A stretch of DNA of 64,000 bases. Source: Oceanispirochaeta sp. Its GTDB lineage: Bacteria; Spirochaetota; Spirochaetia; DSM-2461. Each line of letters opens with the position of its first letter. The stretch's first letter is position 1. Position numbers and translations under genes: made by a program. Where the stretch lies: positions 160,001 through 224,000 of the forward strand of contig CAXXOA010000002.1 of NCBI GenBank assembly GCA_963666275.2, given 5' to 3'. Shown here in pieces: positions 20,155-31,400 of this stretch. The notes below the pieces were generated by a model. It was not told the DNA's origin, made no database searches, and worked only from the letters and a program-made list of their open reading frames with translations.

Positions 20155-21573
20155 ATGTACAATCCCAAATCTTTGAAAGCCGAAGAATTCATCTCTCACG
20201 AAGAGGTTCTGCAGACTCTGGAGTATGCGGACAGGAACAGGACCAACAGAGAACTTATCGACAGGATCCTGGAGAAGGCCCGCCTGAGAAAGGGCCTCAC
20301 TCACCAGGAGGCAGCGGTTCTTCTGGATTGTGATATCCCCGAAAAAAATGAGGAGATCTACCAGCTGGCCTCGCAGATCAAAAAAGATCTTTACGGCAAC
20401 CGGATTGTAATGTTTGCCCCGCTCTACCTGTCAAACTACTGTGTCAACGGCTGCGTTTACTGCCCCTATCATGCCAAAAACAAACAGATCACCCGGAAAA
20501 AGATGACCCAGGAAGAGGTGAAGAAAGAAGTGATGGCCCTTCAGGACATGGGTCACAAACGCCTGGCTCTTGAAGCGGGAGAAGATCCTGTCAACAATCC
20601 CATTGAGTATATTCTGGAATGCATTGATACCATCTATAAGATAAAACACAAAAACGGCGATATCCGCCGGGTCAATGTCAACATTGCGGCGACCACTGTG
20701 GAAGACTATAAAAAACTGAAAGACGCAGGGATCGGAACCTATATCCTGTTTCAGGAGACCTACCATAAAGAGAGCTATGAAACCCTCCATCCCACCGGAC
20801 CGAAACACAATTATGCGTATCATACCGAAGCAATGGACAGAGCCATGGAAGCGGGAATAGACGATGTGGGTCTGGGGGTTCTCTTCGGACTGGAACTGTA
20901 CCGCTACGAATTTGCCGCCCTGATGATGCATGCGGAACACCTGGAAGCGGCTTTCGGCGTAGGCCCCCATACCATCAGTGTCCCCCGGATCCGTCCGGCC
21001 GAGGATATCGATCCTATGGAATTTGACAACAGCATCAGCGATGAGATCTTTGCCAAACTGGTGGCCTGCATCAGAATAGCCGTCCCCTATACGGGCATGA
21101 TTGTTTCCACCAGGGAGAGCAAAGAGTGCCGGGAGAAAGTCCTCGACCTGGGGATCTCCCAGATAAGCGGCGGATCGAAAACCAGCGTGGGCGGATACAG
21201 CGAACCTGAAAAAGAGGATGAAAACTCCGAACAGTTTGATACCAGCGATAAACGGACTATGGATGAAATTGCTCACTGGCTGATGGAAATGGGGCATATC
21301 CCCAGCTTCTGTACCGCCTGCTACCGGGAGGGAAGGACCGGTGACCGCTTTATGAGCCTGGCCAAAACCGGCCAGATCCAGAACTGCTGCCATCCCAATG
21401 CCCTTATGACCCTGAAAGAGTATCTGGAAGACTATGCGTCCGACAGGACCAGAGAGAGCGGCAATCAGATGATCCAAAGGGAACTTCAGAATATTCCCAA
21501 TGAAAAGATCAGGGGAATCGTCCAGAAAAACCTGAGGAATATCGAAGAGGGCAAAAGGGATTTCCGACTCTAG
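20155..21573 (+). CDS. hydG: [FeFe]-hydrogenase H-cluster radical SAM maturase HydG
   Basis: FAPLYLSNYCVNGCVYC (CxxxCxxC), FQETY, GPHTISVPR, and C-terminal CTACYR...NCC auxiliary-cluster motif that separates HydG from ThiH; AAGGAG RBS before ATG 20155. Confidence 0.9.
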   Translation: MYNPKSLKAEEFISHEEVLQTLEYADRNRTNRELIDRILEKARLRKGLTHQEAAVLLDCDIPEKNEEIYQLASQIKKDLYGNRIVMFAPLYLSNYCVNGCVYCPYHAKNKQITRKKMTQEEVKKEVMALQDMGHKRLALEAGEDPVNNPIEYILECIDTIYKIKHKNGDIRRVNVNIAATTVEDYKKLKDAGIGTYILFQETYHKESYETLHPTGPKHNYAYHTEAMDRAMEAGIDDVGLGVLFGLELYRYEFAALMMHAEHLEAAFGVGPHTISVPRIRPAEDIDPMEFDNSISDEIFAKLVACIRIAVPYTGMIVSTRESKECREKVLDLGISQISGGSKTSVGGYSEPEKEDENSEQFDTSDKRTMDEIAHWLMEMGHIPSFCTACYREGRTGDRFMSLAKTGQIQNCCHPNALMTLKEYLEDYASDRTRESGNQMIQRELQNIPNEKIRGIVQKNLRNIEEGKRDFRL

Positions 21574-21599
21574 AGAGGATCCGGCAAACCAGCCTGACC

Positions 21600-21637
21600 G
21601 GGATATTGAAGAGCCCCTTCAATATCCCTTCTTTTTT
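21600..21637 (+). terminator. Intrinsic terminator after hydG
   Basis: GGGATATTGAAG/CTTCAATATCCC stem followed by TTCTTTTTT. Confidence 0.8.
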
Positions 21638-21655
21638 GGTCATAATAAAAAGTAT

Positions 21656-21928
21656 ATGAAAAGTACCGATCAGGACCGTCTGAAAGAACTGGAAGAGAAA
21701 TTCCAGAGAAAAAAACGCAGAGGCAACAGACTCTGCTGGATAAAATACAATCCCAGCGCCGAATTCAGCTATGATGTGGAAGATGCGGATGAAGACTTCC
21801 GATGGATGGTATATGAAATAAAACAGCTGAGAGAAGAAACAAGGCAGTACAAAGAGTTCATAGCCACCATAAAAGATCAGATGATATCTGAACTGGGAAT
21901 CAATCCGGATACCAGGCTGAAGAAATAA
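21656..21928 (+). CDS. Hypothetical protein (90 aa, charged, coiled-coil-like)
   Basis: Clean ATG..TAA ORF filling an intergenic gap; no recognisable family. Confidence 0.65.
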   Translation: MKSTDQDRLKELEEKFQRKKRRGNRLCWIKYNPSAEFSYDVEDADEDFRWMVYEIKQLREETRQYKEFIATIKDQMISELGINPDTRLKK

Positions 21929-21936
21929 CAGGGCCA

Positions 21937-22150
21937 GCCCCTAAATCCCGGCCCCTAAATCCCCTGAAGGGGACTTTTTATGTGTGAAACCACTGACAGT
22001 TAGAAATGCAAAGAGACTCCCTTTCAGGGGACGGGGCCATAACCGGAAGGGACTTTTTATTTGATAAAAGACGAGCTGTTAGATATCAAAGTGCCCCCGG
22101 ATCCTGAGCGGAGCCGAAGGACGGGGGCCTTACCCGGGGGAGACTTTTTT
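21937..22150. repeat. Cluster of degenerate REP/MITE-like palindromic repeats
   Basis: GCCCCTAAATCCC twice (21937, 21951); CCCCTGAAGGGGACTTTT with an imperfect inverted partner at ~22016-22037; GAAGGGACTTTTTAT repeated at ~22046; AAAGTGCCCCCGG...CCGGGGGAGACTTT inverted pair enclosing CCTGAGCGGAGCCGAAGG. Confidence 0.6.
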
Positions 22151-22172
22151 TCAATGATAGAAGAGCCGGGAA

Positions 22173-22655
22173 TCAGCCGCAGCACTTCTTGTATTTCTTA
22201 CCGCTTCCGCAGGGGCAGGGATCGTTCCGGCCGACTTTTGGCTCATCCCTGTGAACAGGCTTATTAATCTCCTGACCTTCAGAAAAAATCCACCGACCGT
22301 CCTGTTTTTCAAACTTGCTGACTTCATGGTGCGTATACCGGGCTCTGTCCACCATATAGTGGGCTTTGAATTCCACGGTTCCTGCCGAATCGCTCTCCCC
22401 GCCTTTGGAAGTTTTTATAATTTCCAGGCCCTGCCAGACCGATCCGCTCGACCAGTCTTCAGTCGCCTTGCGGGCAGATTCCTCTTCCCCTTTTTCAACC
22501 TTGTGAGTGTCCATGATAAAATCAATTTCACCCAGAGCATAGGCTGAATACCTGGCTCTCATCAGTTTCTCCGCCGTAGGGGCGGGAATCCCGTTTTTAA
22601 TATATACGCCGCAGCATTTTTCATACTCTGCGCCACTGCCGCAGGGACATTCCAT
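22173..22655 (-). CDS. YchJ-like SEC-C motif protein
   Basis: N-terminal [37 protein letters not shown]-terminal [27 protein letters not shown] before ATG 22655. Confidence 0.92.
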   Translation of the reverse strand: MECPCGSGAEYEKCCGVYIKNGIPAPTAEKLMRARYSAYALGEIDFIMDTHKVEKGEEESARKATEDWSSGSVWQGLEIIKTSKGGESDSAGTVEFKAHYMVDRARYTHHEVSKFEKQDGRWIFSEGQEINKPVHRDEPKVGRNDPCPCGSGKKYKKCCG

Positions 22656-22781
22656 AGTGTTCTCCTTCAATAAATCAATACAATACGGGGCATCAGAAGC
22701 AGTTAAAGTCCTTCCATCCCCATGATCGCCTAAGGAAAAATAATATAAATCCTTGAATTGAGCTAGTCTTGCCGGGAGGGT

Positions 22782-24719
22782 TTACTCCTGTTTTACCATA
22801 AACTCTCTGATTCCCGACTGCCTTCTCACACCCCGGGAAAGGGCCATCTCCGCCAGTTCGGTCGTTGTATAGAGAGTCACCTGCTCTCTGGCCCGTGTAA
22901 CTCCCGTATAGAGGATCTCCCGGGAAAGGAGCCTTTCCGCCCCTTCGGGAAGCAGAACGATCACATCCCTGTATTCGGAACCCTGGCTCTTATGGATGGT
23001 CAGGGCGAAAGCCGTCTGATACTCACCCAGCAGGGTTATGGGGAAATGACGGAACTCCCCTCTCTCCCGGCCGTCAAAAAAGGCATAGTGACTGCCCTGA
23101 AACTCCAGAACCACCCCCCTGTCACCATTAAAGAGACCCCGCTCATAGTCGTTGCGGCTGATCATAATAGGCTGACCGTGAAAAACAGAGCCCTCACGGG
23201 GGGCAAAGTAGGTGCTCAGAGCCCTGTTGATGCTGTTGATGCCGAACAGTCCCTTCCGGGAGGGAACAAGGATGGTCCAGTCCCGATAGAGCTGAAAATA
23301 GGCTTCCACCTGTTCCCGATGATCCTCCCAGGAGGTGACGGAACAGGAAAAAGGAGGAATCATCTGTTTCAGCTGTGCCAGAGGCAGAGTTTCAGAGGCT
23401 TCATCCAGAAAGGAACGGAACCCGGGAATCGGAAAATAGCGGAACCGGCCGGAACCGGTCTCGCTGTTCCGCCTGGGATCTTTGAGAAAATCCAGAAAAT
23501 CCGAACTCTTCCCCTGTATGATAAGAGAGGCTCCCTCCAGAATAGCACCGCTGTTCCGGTGTACCCTGGACAGAGAGAGGACACCCCCGTCCAGCCTGTA
23601 GCGGTCCCGGCCGGAACCGTAAAGGAAGTCCGAAAGGAGGGCTCCCGCTTCCACCGAGGGGAGCTGGTCTTTATCTCCTACCAGAAGGAGCCGGGCTCCC
23701 GGCTTCATTCCGTCCAGCAGATAGTACATGAGGTTCAGATCCACCATGGAAGCCTCGTCAACCACAATCAGATCCGCCGGAAGAGGTCTGTTCCGGTTGA
23801 ACCGGGGCGGAGCTCCCGGTATGAGGCCCAGAAGTTTATGAAGAGTTCCCGGAGCCACCGGGAAGGCCCCACCCAGATCCGGATCCGCCAGAAGGTCCTT
23901 GAGACTCTCTTCCATCCTCCCCGCCGCCCGGCCGGTGGGCGCACAGAGACGGATATTCAGAGGTTCCATCCCCTTCTGTCTGCGTACAGTCAGGAGCAGC
24001 CGCAGAACCCCGCTCAGGATTGTGGTTTTTCCTGTCCCCGGGCCTCCTGTGATCACAGAAAAAAGCCGGGAACAGACCATGGACGCGGCGGACAGGGTCT
24101 CTTCACTGAGAACAAGAGAGCTGTCTTTCTGAAGCTCACGGAAAACACTTTCGAGAACCTCGGACTCCCCGAATCCCGTCAGGATTTTCTTTCCCTTCTC
24201 TCCCACAAGGGGATCCAGAAGTTCAAGAAACCTTTTTTCATATCGCCAGCGTTTCAAAAGATAGAAGGACTGATCCCCTTCTGTCCTTAGTATCGGAGCC
24301 TCTTCCGACGGGAGAATTCCGAAAAGACGGGGATTTTCCTGCAGCAGAGAGGGGAAAAGCTCTGTCAGTGAGGCTTCATCCAGAGAGATCCCGCTGCTTT
24401 TCATCCAGAGGGGAAAGTCTTTGAAAAAGTCCTCCCTGCCGATGCGGATATGACCGCTGCCGGACTGCTGCATCAGATAGAGGACCACCCATCTCAGCAG
24501 GTCCCGCTCTTTCCTGCCCGGGGAAGTCCCGAAACGGGAGATCATATGGAGGGTCCCCTGTATCTGATAGCTTTCCGCCCCGGTCAGCCGGGCCTTCTGA
24601 ATAAAATCTCCTTCCCCACTGGGATTGGAAAGGCGCGTTCTGATGTCCTGAGGCCAGGCATCCCGGACAGACTTGAGCTCCAGGAATTTTTTCATTCCCC
24701 GGATTTTCCCTTTATGCAT
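22782..24719 (-). CDS. recD: Exodeoxyribonuclease V alpha subunit
   Basis: ITGGPGTGKTT, APTGRAAGR, TLHKLLG, VDEASMVD, GDKDQLPSVEAG, TIHKSQGSEY, LYTGVTRA. Confidence 0.95.
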   Translation of the reverse strand: MHKGKIRGMKKFLELKSVRDAWPQDIRTRLSNPSGEGDFIQKARLTGAESYQIQGTLHMISRFGTSPGRKERDLLRWVVLYLMQQSGSGHIRIGREDFFKDFPLWMKSSGISLDEASLTELFPSLLQENPRLFGILPSEEAPILRTEGDQSFYLLKRWRYEKRFLELLDPLVGEKGKKILTGFGESEVLESVFRELQKDSSLVLSEETLSAASMVCSRLFSVITGGPGTGKTTILSGVLRLLLTVRRQKGMEPLNIRLCAPTGRAAGRMEESLKDLLADPDLGGAFPVAPGTLHKLLGLIPGAPPRFNRNRPLPADLIVVDEASMVDLNLMYYLLDGMKPGARLLLVGDKDQLPSVEAGALLSDFLYGSGRDRYRLDGGVLSLSRVHRNSGAILEGASLIIQGKSSDFLDFLKDPRRNSETGSGRFRYFPIPGFRSFLDEASETLPLAQLKQMIPPFSCSVTSWEDHREQVEAYFQLYRDWTILVPSRKGLFGINSINRALSTYFAPREGSVFHGQPIMISRNDYERGLFNGDRGVVLEFQGSHYAFFDGRERGEFRHFPITLLGEYQTAFALTIHKSQGSEYRDVIVLLPEGAERLLSREILYTGVTRAREQVTLYTTTELAEMALSRGVRRQSGIREFMVKQE

Positions 24720-27700
24720 CGTCCCCGCTCCCTTTCAGAAAAGTATCAAGATCTTCCCGGCCGGGGCGGATAAAGTAGACTCCCCGCTTTCCCTGATCCC
24801 CGGACATGCCTCTGACAAAAAAGTAATAGACCCCGCCGAAATCCCGTTCATAGTCGAAGCCGGGATCCAGGGTAGACAGATATCTGACAAGGGCCTTGAT
24901 ATAGATTCGGGCCTGGACATCATAGAGATGCGAGTGCATTGTATCTTCCAGCTTTTCAGGGTCGTAATCGCTCAGAACACCCCTTCCCGAGGGGACTGTG
25001 GTTTTCCAGTCGGCAATATAATATCTGTCATTATGCCGGAAGATCAGATCGATAAACCCTTTGAGATACCCCTTGCGGACCTGGGTACTCCATTCTGCCA
25101 TTCTGATACGGGACTCTTCCTCAATTTTATAGAGGAATTCCATTTCCGCTTTCAGGACTTCCGGAGCCAGATCCTTTAAGGGTCCCGTCTCTTCCAGAGG
25201 ACAGTTCAGGACATTCCAGACCATCTCCCCCAGAGGTCTCTGATACTGTTTCCACCAGTCCTGATCAAAAAAACGGACCGCCGCTTCCTCCAGAAAGGCA
25301 TAGGTCTCTGTAGGCCCGAACAGGTCGTTATCAAACCATGCCTCCAGGGAGAGATTTCCCCTGCCAAAATCAATGTTTTCAAAAATATAGTGGACAAGGT
25401 TACCGAATTCGGCCCCTCTTGTGAGCCCCAGGATTCCCGATTCCTCTTCGGGAGGAATCTCTCCCGCATCCTCTCCATCCCTGTCTGCATCCTGATCCGC
25501 CCCCGCCGTATCGGGAACCGCACCATGCCTGCCGGCGCTGAGGGAAGAGAAGCTGTCCACCCGGATGATCCTTTCATAAAAAGGGGCCCCCGGAGTCCAC
25601 CGGGCGCAGTGAAGCTCGGGAGAGTCCCCCACGGGCCGGGGCTCGGAGTTTTCAAAGAGAGAGAGGCTCCCCTCTTCCCTGTCACAGGGGGCAAAGAGAA
25701 AAAGCTCCGGATAGGTCCGGGCCAGAAGCATCATCTGATCCCCGATTTTTCTGTGAAATCCCGTCTTTTTCTGCTTGATGGCCTTCCGGTCCCGCCACTG
25801 CATATGGGAGTGGTAGGGCCAGTGCGTCTCCGGAGAAGGATCTTTCACAAGTTCCTCCGCATCCTTCAGAAGATCTGGCCCGCAGAGGGCTCCGTAAATA
25901 CTGGAAAGATAATACAGATCACTCTGGGGGAAAAAGGGCATCAGAAGCAGCGAGGAAGCCCTGGTAAGGGAGACATAATAGAGCCTTTTTCTCTCTTCCC
26001 AGTCCGAAAGTGCCGCCTTTGCCCGGGAGTCTCCTGTCATGAGGAAGTCCCTGTAACGTCTGTCATCCCAGTAGTAGGTGAGCTCGCTCCTGTTGCCGGT
26101 CTTTCCATCCTGCATGCCGCCGAAGAAGAAGACAATCGGATACTCCAGGCCCTTGCTGGAGTGATGGGTCAGGATCTGAACGGCCTCTCCGTCTTTATCC
26201 AGACGCACCTGTTTCTGATCATCCGGGGAGGGATCATTCTTCATTTTCACATACAGATCAAACAGTCCGTGCGCATCAAGGGAACGGTTTTTCTGCTCCT
26301 GATGGAACAGCTCGGCCAGGTGCATCAGATTGGTGCAGCTCCTGTCTCCGCTGCGGAGCTTCAACAGCCGGTTCTTCCAGGAACTGGAAACCCTGCCGGG
26401 CAGAAGATCCTCCTTTTCGAATAGAGCATGAAAAACCCGTATCAGTCCTCCCTGATCACAGCGGTTCTTCCAGCTGTGAAAAAGTAGGCTCATTTCATCC
26501 AGTTCCCCGGTCTCCTCCATCCGGCTCAGATCGGAAGCGTTTAGACGGAAAACCCGGGAAACAAGCAGGGCCCGCAGACTGCTTCTGTCGGAAGGCCGGG
26601 CAAGGGAACGGAGAAAAAGACCGAACAGATCGGCTTCTTCCGTATCAAGGACTCTCCTGTCACTGTAGATGACCGATGAGATCCCCCTGGATTCCAGATG
26701 CTTCTGCATATTTTCGCAGTCACCGTTGGTATCCATCAGAACAGCAATATCCCCCGGCTGAACAGGCCGGGAATCCTCTCCCAGAACCAGTTGATATTCT
26801 TCCTTGAGAAACTGCTCTGCCCTGCGGACGATCTCCCTCATCCAGGCAAGCTTCAGAATATCCTTGTTCTCCTGCTCCTTGTCACTGCCTGAATGGATCT
26901 CACAGAAGGTAATGGCCGGAAGGACATGGCCGTCGGCGTCAACCGGATCCGCTCCTTTCACCCCCGCCGCTTCCACAGGCTGAAAGGGAACGGGACGGCT
27001 TCCTTTTACAGGGAGCGAGAAGAGCCGGTCGAAGAGAAAATTACAGCCCTCCACCACCTCCCGGCGGGAGCGGAAGTTGGTTCCCAGAGAGTACTGGTCC
27101 TCCCGGGCTATGGATTCACAGGCTTCAAAATAGACAGAAAGATCAGCCCCTCTGAAACCGTAGATCGACTGTTTGGGATCTCCGATAAGAAAGAGATTGT
27201 GCTCAGGATCCCCGGTGAAGAGGGTGCTGAAGATATCCCACTGCATCCTGTCGGTATCCTGAAATTCATCCACAAGGACAACCCTGTACTGCTGCTTTAA
27301 AACCTTTGCCAGAGGGCCGTCAGGATCAGAACTGAGGCGGGAGTGGAGGGTTTTGATCAGATCTGAGAAATCCCGCATGCCCCGTATTTTTTTCTTGTCC
27401 TCAATAAGGGGAAGAGCCCCCTGGACAACATCCCGGACAAAAGCATAGCCAAGCAGTTTCCTGTGAATTCCCTTATCCGGTGACTGGGGATCGCAAAAAG
27501 GTTCCAGAGCCTCAAACAGACCGGTGACGGCCCGGACAAGAGTTTTATCCGGCAGGTCCTCCGGGGAGAGCCCTTTTGCACTCTTCTCTTCAAGACTGGA
27601 CTCGGTCAGGGCCAGAAGCAGGGAGGCCGGAACTCCCCCGATCTGCTCATCTTTACTGAAAAACCAGTCCAGCCAGGCCGCCATATCCCCGGTATCGGGA

Positions 27701-28467
27701 AAAGCAGCCCAGAGAGAGGCTATCTTTTCAGCGGTAGACTCCCGCTGCCGGGTCTTCAGATCCCTGAAAATCTGAAAGATTTCCTGAGTGCTCCAGTTGC
27801 GGGCCTGCAGTGGGATCAGGGCATCCCGGAGACCCCCCTCTCCCCGGGAAAACGCTTCCAGCTCTTCCAGGGAGGCTTTCACAGTTCTGTCATCGGGAAT
27901 CCGGATCACATCCGAACCGTCCAGTTCATCCATGGTGATCTTCACAAGTCGACCGACAGCCTCATCCAGGGATCCGCTGCTCTTGAGGAACCCCCTGATG
28001 AGCTCTTTGTCCTCCTCCCTGATATTCCGGAACCGGCTGTAGAGGTAGTCTCTCACACCCTCTTCGATCAGGGAGGAATCACTCAGGAACTCCTGCAGAA
28101 AGGAGGATCCCGATTCAAAAGGATAGGTCTGCAGGACATGCTGACAGAATCCATGGATGGTAAAGATTGCCGCTTTATCAAAATTATGACGGGCTTCCAG
28201 AAGCAGGGATTTCCGGGGCGCATCTGTTTCAGCCTCCGGCCGGGAAAGTTCCGTCAGAATGGACCTGATCCTCTCACGGAGTTCCCGGGTGGCTTTATTG
28301 GTAAAGGTCACCACAAGGATCTGATTCAGCGGAATCTGATACCGCCCGATCAGTTCACAGACGACCCTCTCGAGATTGTAGGTTTTTCCGGTTCCCGCCG
28401 AAGCTTCCAGCCTGATGGAATGCCTCAGATCCGCCTCGAAGGGATTAAAGGATTTGGATTCAGACAT
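24712..28467 (-). CDS. recB: Exodeoxyribonuclease V beta subunit
   Basis: EASAGTGKTY, VTFTNKAT.ELRERI, TIHGFC, VDEFQDTD, GDPKQSIYGFRGAD, SKGLEY, YVSLTRA; nuclease domain GFIDL...IADWKT...Q...Y. Confidence 0.95.
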   Translation of the reverse strand: MSESKSFNPFEADLRHSIRLEASAGTGKTYNLERVVCELIGRYQIPLNQILVVTFTNKATRELRERIRSILTELSRPEAETDAPRKSLLLEARHNFDKAAIFTIHGFCQHVLQTYPFESGSSFLQEFLSDSSLIEEGVRDYLYSRFRNIREEDKELIRGFLKSSGSLDEAVGRLVKITMDELDGSDVIRIPDDRTVKASLEELEAFSRGEGGLRDALIPLQARNWSTQEIFQIFRDLKTRQRESTAEKIASLWAAFPDTGDMAAWLDWFFSKDEQIGGVPASLLLALTESSLEEKSAKGLSPEDLPDKTLVRAVTGLFEALEPFCDPQSPDKGIHRKLLGYAFVRDVVQGALPLIEDKKKIRGMRDFSDLIKTLHSRLSSDPDGPLAKVLKQQYRVVLVDEFQDTDRMQWDIFSTLFTGDPEHNLFLIGDPKQSIYGFRGADLSVYFEACESIAREDQYSLGTNFRSRREVVEGCNFLFDRLFSLPVKGSRPVPFQPVEAAGVKGADPVDADGHVLPAITFCEIHSGSDKEQENKDILKLAWMREIVRRAEQFLKEEYQLVLGEDSRPVQPGDIAVLMDTNGDCENMQKHLESRGISSVIYSDRRVLDTEEADLFGLFLRSLARPSDRSSLRALLVSRVFRLNASDLSRMEETGELDEMSLLFHSWKNRCDQGGLIRVFHALFEKEDLLPGRVSSSWKNRLLKLRSGDRSCTNLMHLAELFHQEQKNRSLDAHGLFDLYVKMKNDPSPDDQKQVRLDKDGEAVQILTHHSSKGLEYPIVFFFGGMQDGKTGNRSELTYYWDDRRYRDFLMTGDSRAKAALSDWEERKRLYYVSLTRASSLLLMPFFPQSDLYYLSSIYGALCGPDLLKDAEELVKDPSPETHWPYHSHMQWRDRKAIKQKKTGFHRKIGDQMMLLARTYPELFLFAPCDREEGSLSLFENSEPRPVGDSPELHCARWTPGAPFYERIIRVDSFSSLSAGRHGAVPDTAGADQDADRDGEDAGEIPPEEESGILGLTRGAEFGNLVHYIFENIDFGRGNLSLEAWFDNDLFGPTETYAFLEEAAVRFFDQDWWKQYQRPLGEMVWNVLNCPLEETGPLKDLAPEVLKAEMEFLYKIEEESRIRMAEWSTQVRKGYLKGFIDLIFRHNDRYYIADWKTTVPSGRGVLSDYDPEKLEDTMHSHLYDVQARIYIKALVRYLSTLDPGFDYERDFGGVYYFFVRGMSGDQGKRGVYFIRPGREDLDTFLKGSGDDA

Positions 28468-31400
28468 CGCCACTCTCCCTGGAACGGGCAAAGAAGGGAA
28501 GGTAGACAAGCTCCACAAATTCCCTCAGCCTTTCCGGATCCGTTTCCGGAGGAGTATCCATAAACTGCCGTCTGTACAGGCACTGGGCAAAGGGACTATG
28601 GGGAGAAAAAGCGGAGGGTTCGGCTTTCTCCAGCCAGGTCTGCGAAAACAGTTCCGCCAGCCGGGAGCTTGTCATATCGGGATGAGAGGCCAGACTTTCA
28701 GCCAGAACCTCGCCCAGTTCGGGGTAGACCATCAGGGGCTGCTCAATCTGATCCCGGCAGAACAGCAGCAGACGGGCCAAGCGATCCGCCCCTCCGGAAA
28801 GGAGAATATCCCCGGAGCCGCTTCCCCCCGGGTCTGACAGGCTGAAAACTCTGGCTGGAAAGCTCCTTTTCCCGACCAGATAGAGTTTCAGCGACTCTAT
28901 CCGGGGAATCATCCGGTTCTCCCGGAGAGCATTCATAACAAGGCACTTGATCAGGGATTTCATGTAATGCCGGACTGAAGGCTCACCGGACTCGCAGTAC
29001 TCCAGGGTTTCCCATTCCCCCGGAGTGTCAGCCGAGGGACTCAACTCTTCCAGAAGCCCCGAAAGAGAGAGAGCTGATCCGTCGGGAAGGGAAATATCAA
29101 GATGGGGAATTATCACAGGAGGATGCAGAGTCTCATCCCTGTAGCTCTGATAGACCATATCTTCCGGAGAAATCAGGTAATCCCGCGGATCAGCGAGCCC
29201 CCGGGAGAGCCCCTTCTCCTCCAGCTGTTTCCGGATCTCCTCCAGTCTTTCCGAGTAGAAATCTTTCTCCAGAAAAACAAGCTGCGAATCGGGCAGACGG
29301 CCCCGTTTCTGCTGATCCGACAGATACCTGTCCAGGGCTTCCGGATCTTCCAGACCGGATGGATCATCCAGGATCCCTTTGAGATAAAGGTATCGGTCAA
29401 GAAAAGGAGATTCCCAGTTTTCCTGGCTCTCCTCCTCCCTGTTGTCTCTGTCTTCCAGATAGATTCCCAGAGCTTTTCTATAGTAATAGGCTCCGGGGTT
29501 CCCCAGAAACTGTTCCAGTTCCCGGAGAGTCATAACAGGGGATTTTTCCGGAACCTCCCTGTTCAGCCCGATCCGGGGGAGTTCCTCCTTCTCCGGAAGT
29601 GCGGCAATTCTGGCGCTCTTGAGAGCCCCTTCATTGAAAGAAAGGCTTTCTTCAGGGCCGCTGAAATACTGGAGATCATAATTGTGAATAGATTCCCTTA
29701 CAACCAGAGTCTCCCGGGCGGATTGACCATCAGGGAACGCGAAAGTCCCGTCCAGATATTCAAGCAGCTCACTGATCAGAACCGATGGCTGCAGAGTTTC
29801 TCCCCGCACAGGGTCTCTGTCATGATAGAAAAGGGTCAGAGCATCCGAGGCGGACAGGAGGGTCTCCAGAAAGGCATACTTGTCACTTCCCCTGCGGGAA
29901 AGATCAATAGTCTGCTGAACCAGCTCTCTCAGATCAAAACTGAGCTGCAGATCCTCCCCGGGAAAAACACCTTCATTCAGCCCCAGAACATAGATCCTTT
30001 TAAAGGGGATCGCCCTCAGAGGTTTCAGAGAGGAACAGGTAACCCCCTGAGTCAGATACCGTCCCCGCTCTCCTCCCGACTTTCTGACAAACTCCGTCAG
30101 AAGTGTGCGGAAAACGGGAAAGTTGAGATCACCTCCCCCTCCTTCGGGGTTCAGCGTTTCTTCAGAAAGAGAGATCAGATCTCTGAAGGTCCCCTTCAGT
30201 CTCCATCGGTCACTGCTGTCCTGCCCTTCCCCGTCCCGGGGGACCAGATAGCTTTCCATAAGGGCTTCCGCCAGGAGAACCCATTTTTCCAGGGGCAGAT
30301 TAATCCTGTTGAGTTCATAAAAATCATGAAAAAGTCCCTCTACAAGATCCATGAGTTTTCCGGCGCTCTGATTTCCTGTCTCATCCTGCAGGGTGTAGGG
30401 AAGTCCAGGATCATCCTGTTCCTCCAGGAAAAAACCGTCCCGGAGGCGGCGGAACCCCTCTTCCCAGGAGTTGAAATCTGTTGCTTCGGGAAAAAAATCC
30501 TGCTTATGGACCCGGTCCATTCCCCATTTGATATTCAGGGACTCACAGAGATCCAGCCAGAAATCCCGTTCATCCCTGTTGATCTGAAAAGCTTCACAGA
30601 AACAGGGATTATCAAAGAGCTGAAACAGATCTTTCCGGGTAAATTTTTCACCGGGAAGTGAGAAGAGCTGTAGAAATCCCTGAATAAAGGGAGAGTCGGA
30701 TGTTCCGTTCAGATCCACAATATTATAGGGAAGATGATCCCGTCCCGGATGGTCCCCGTCTCTGGATGGGAACAGGGCTTCCAGAAAAGGGGCATATTCA
30801 TTGATATCAGGCGCCAGTATGCAGATTTCAGTCAGATTCAGGTCAGGATCCCTGTTGAGAGCATTTAAAACAAGATCCTTCAGAACCTCAATTTCCCTCC
30901 AGCGGGATGTAAAGGTATGGATGGAGAAAGAGTGGTCCCTACTGTCCAGAACTCTCTTCTCAGAAGGGATACGATCTTCCAGAATATCCGACTGAAGGAT
31001 ATGGAGAAGAGAATCCTCCTCGACAGGAATGTATTCGTTCTGCCTGTCAGGATTATCAAATCCTTCGGAAAGAGTGGCAAACCCTCCGATCAGGGTGCTC
31101 CAGCTTTTCAGTAGGGGATGCGATACATCTCCCTTCCACCGGGAATAGGTTCGCGAAGGAGAGAGGATAAAGTGGTCCACCTCTATATCCTTCGAAAGAT
31201 GATGAAAGAAATTCAGACCCGTATCACCCAGAAAGGAGGAACCGAACAGAACCACCCGCCGGATAACTCCGTCATAGGGTGCTCCGGATTTCATCACAAC
31301 CGACAGGATTTTACTCAGATGCAGATAGGGCTGATCTGAATGAAACAGAAGATTCCAGAGATGCCTCTGCCACAGTTCATGCTTTCTCATCCCCTCGGGC

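Noticed and set aside
20040..21573. thiH with a TPP riboswitch
   Set aside because: No CUGAGA/CUGAU TPP core upstream and no thi genes nearby; the C-terminal Cys motif fits HydG.
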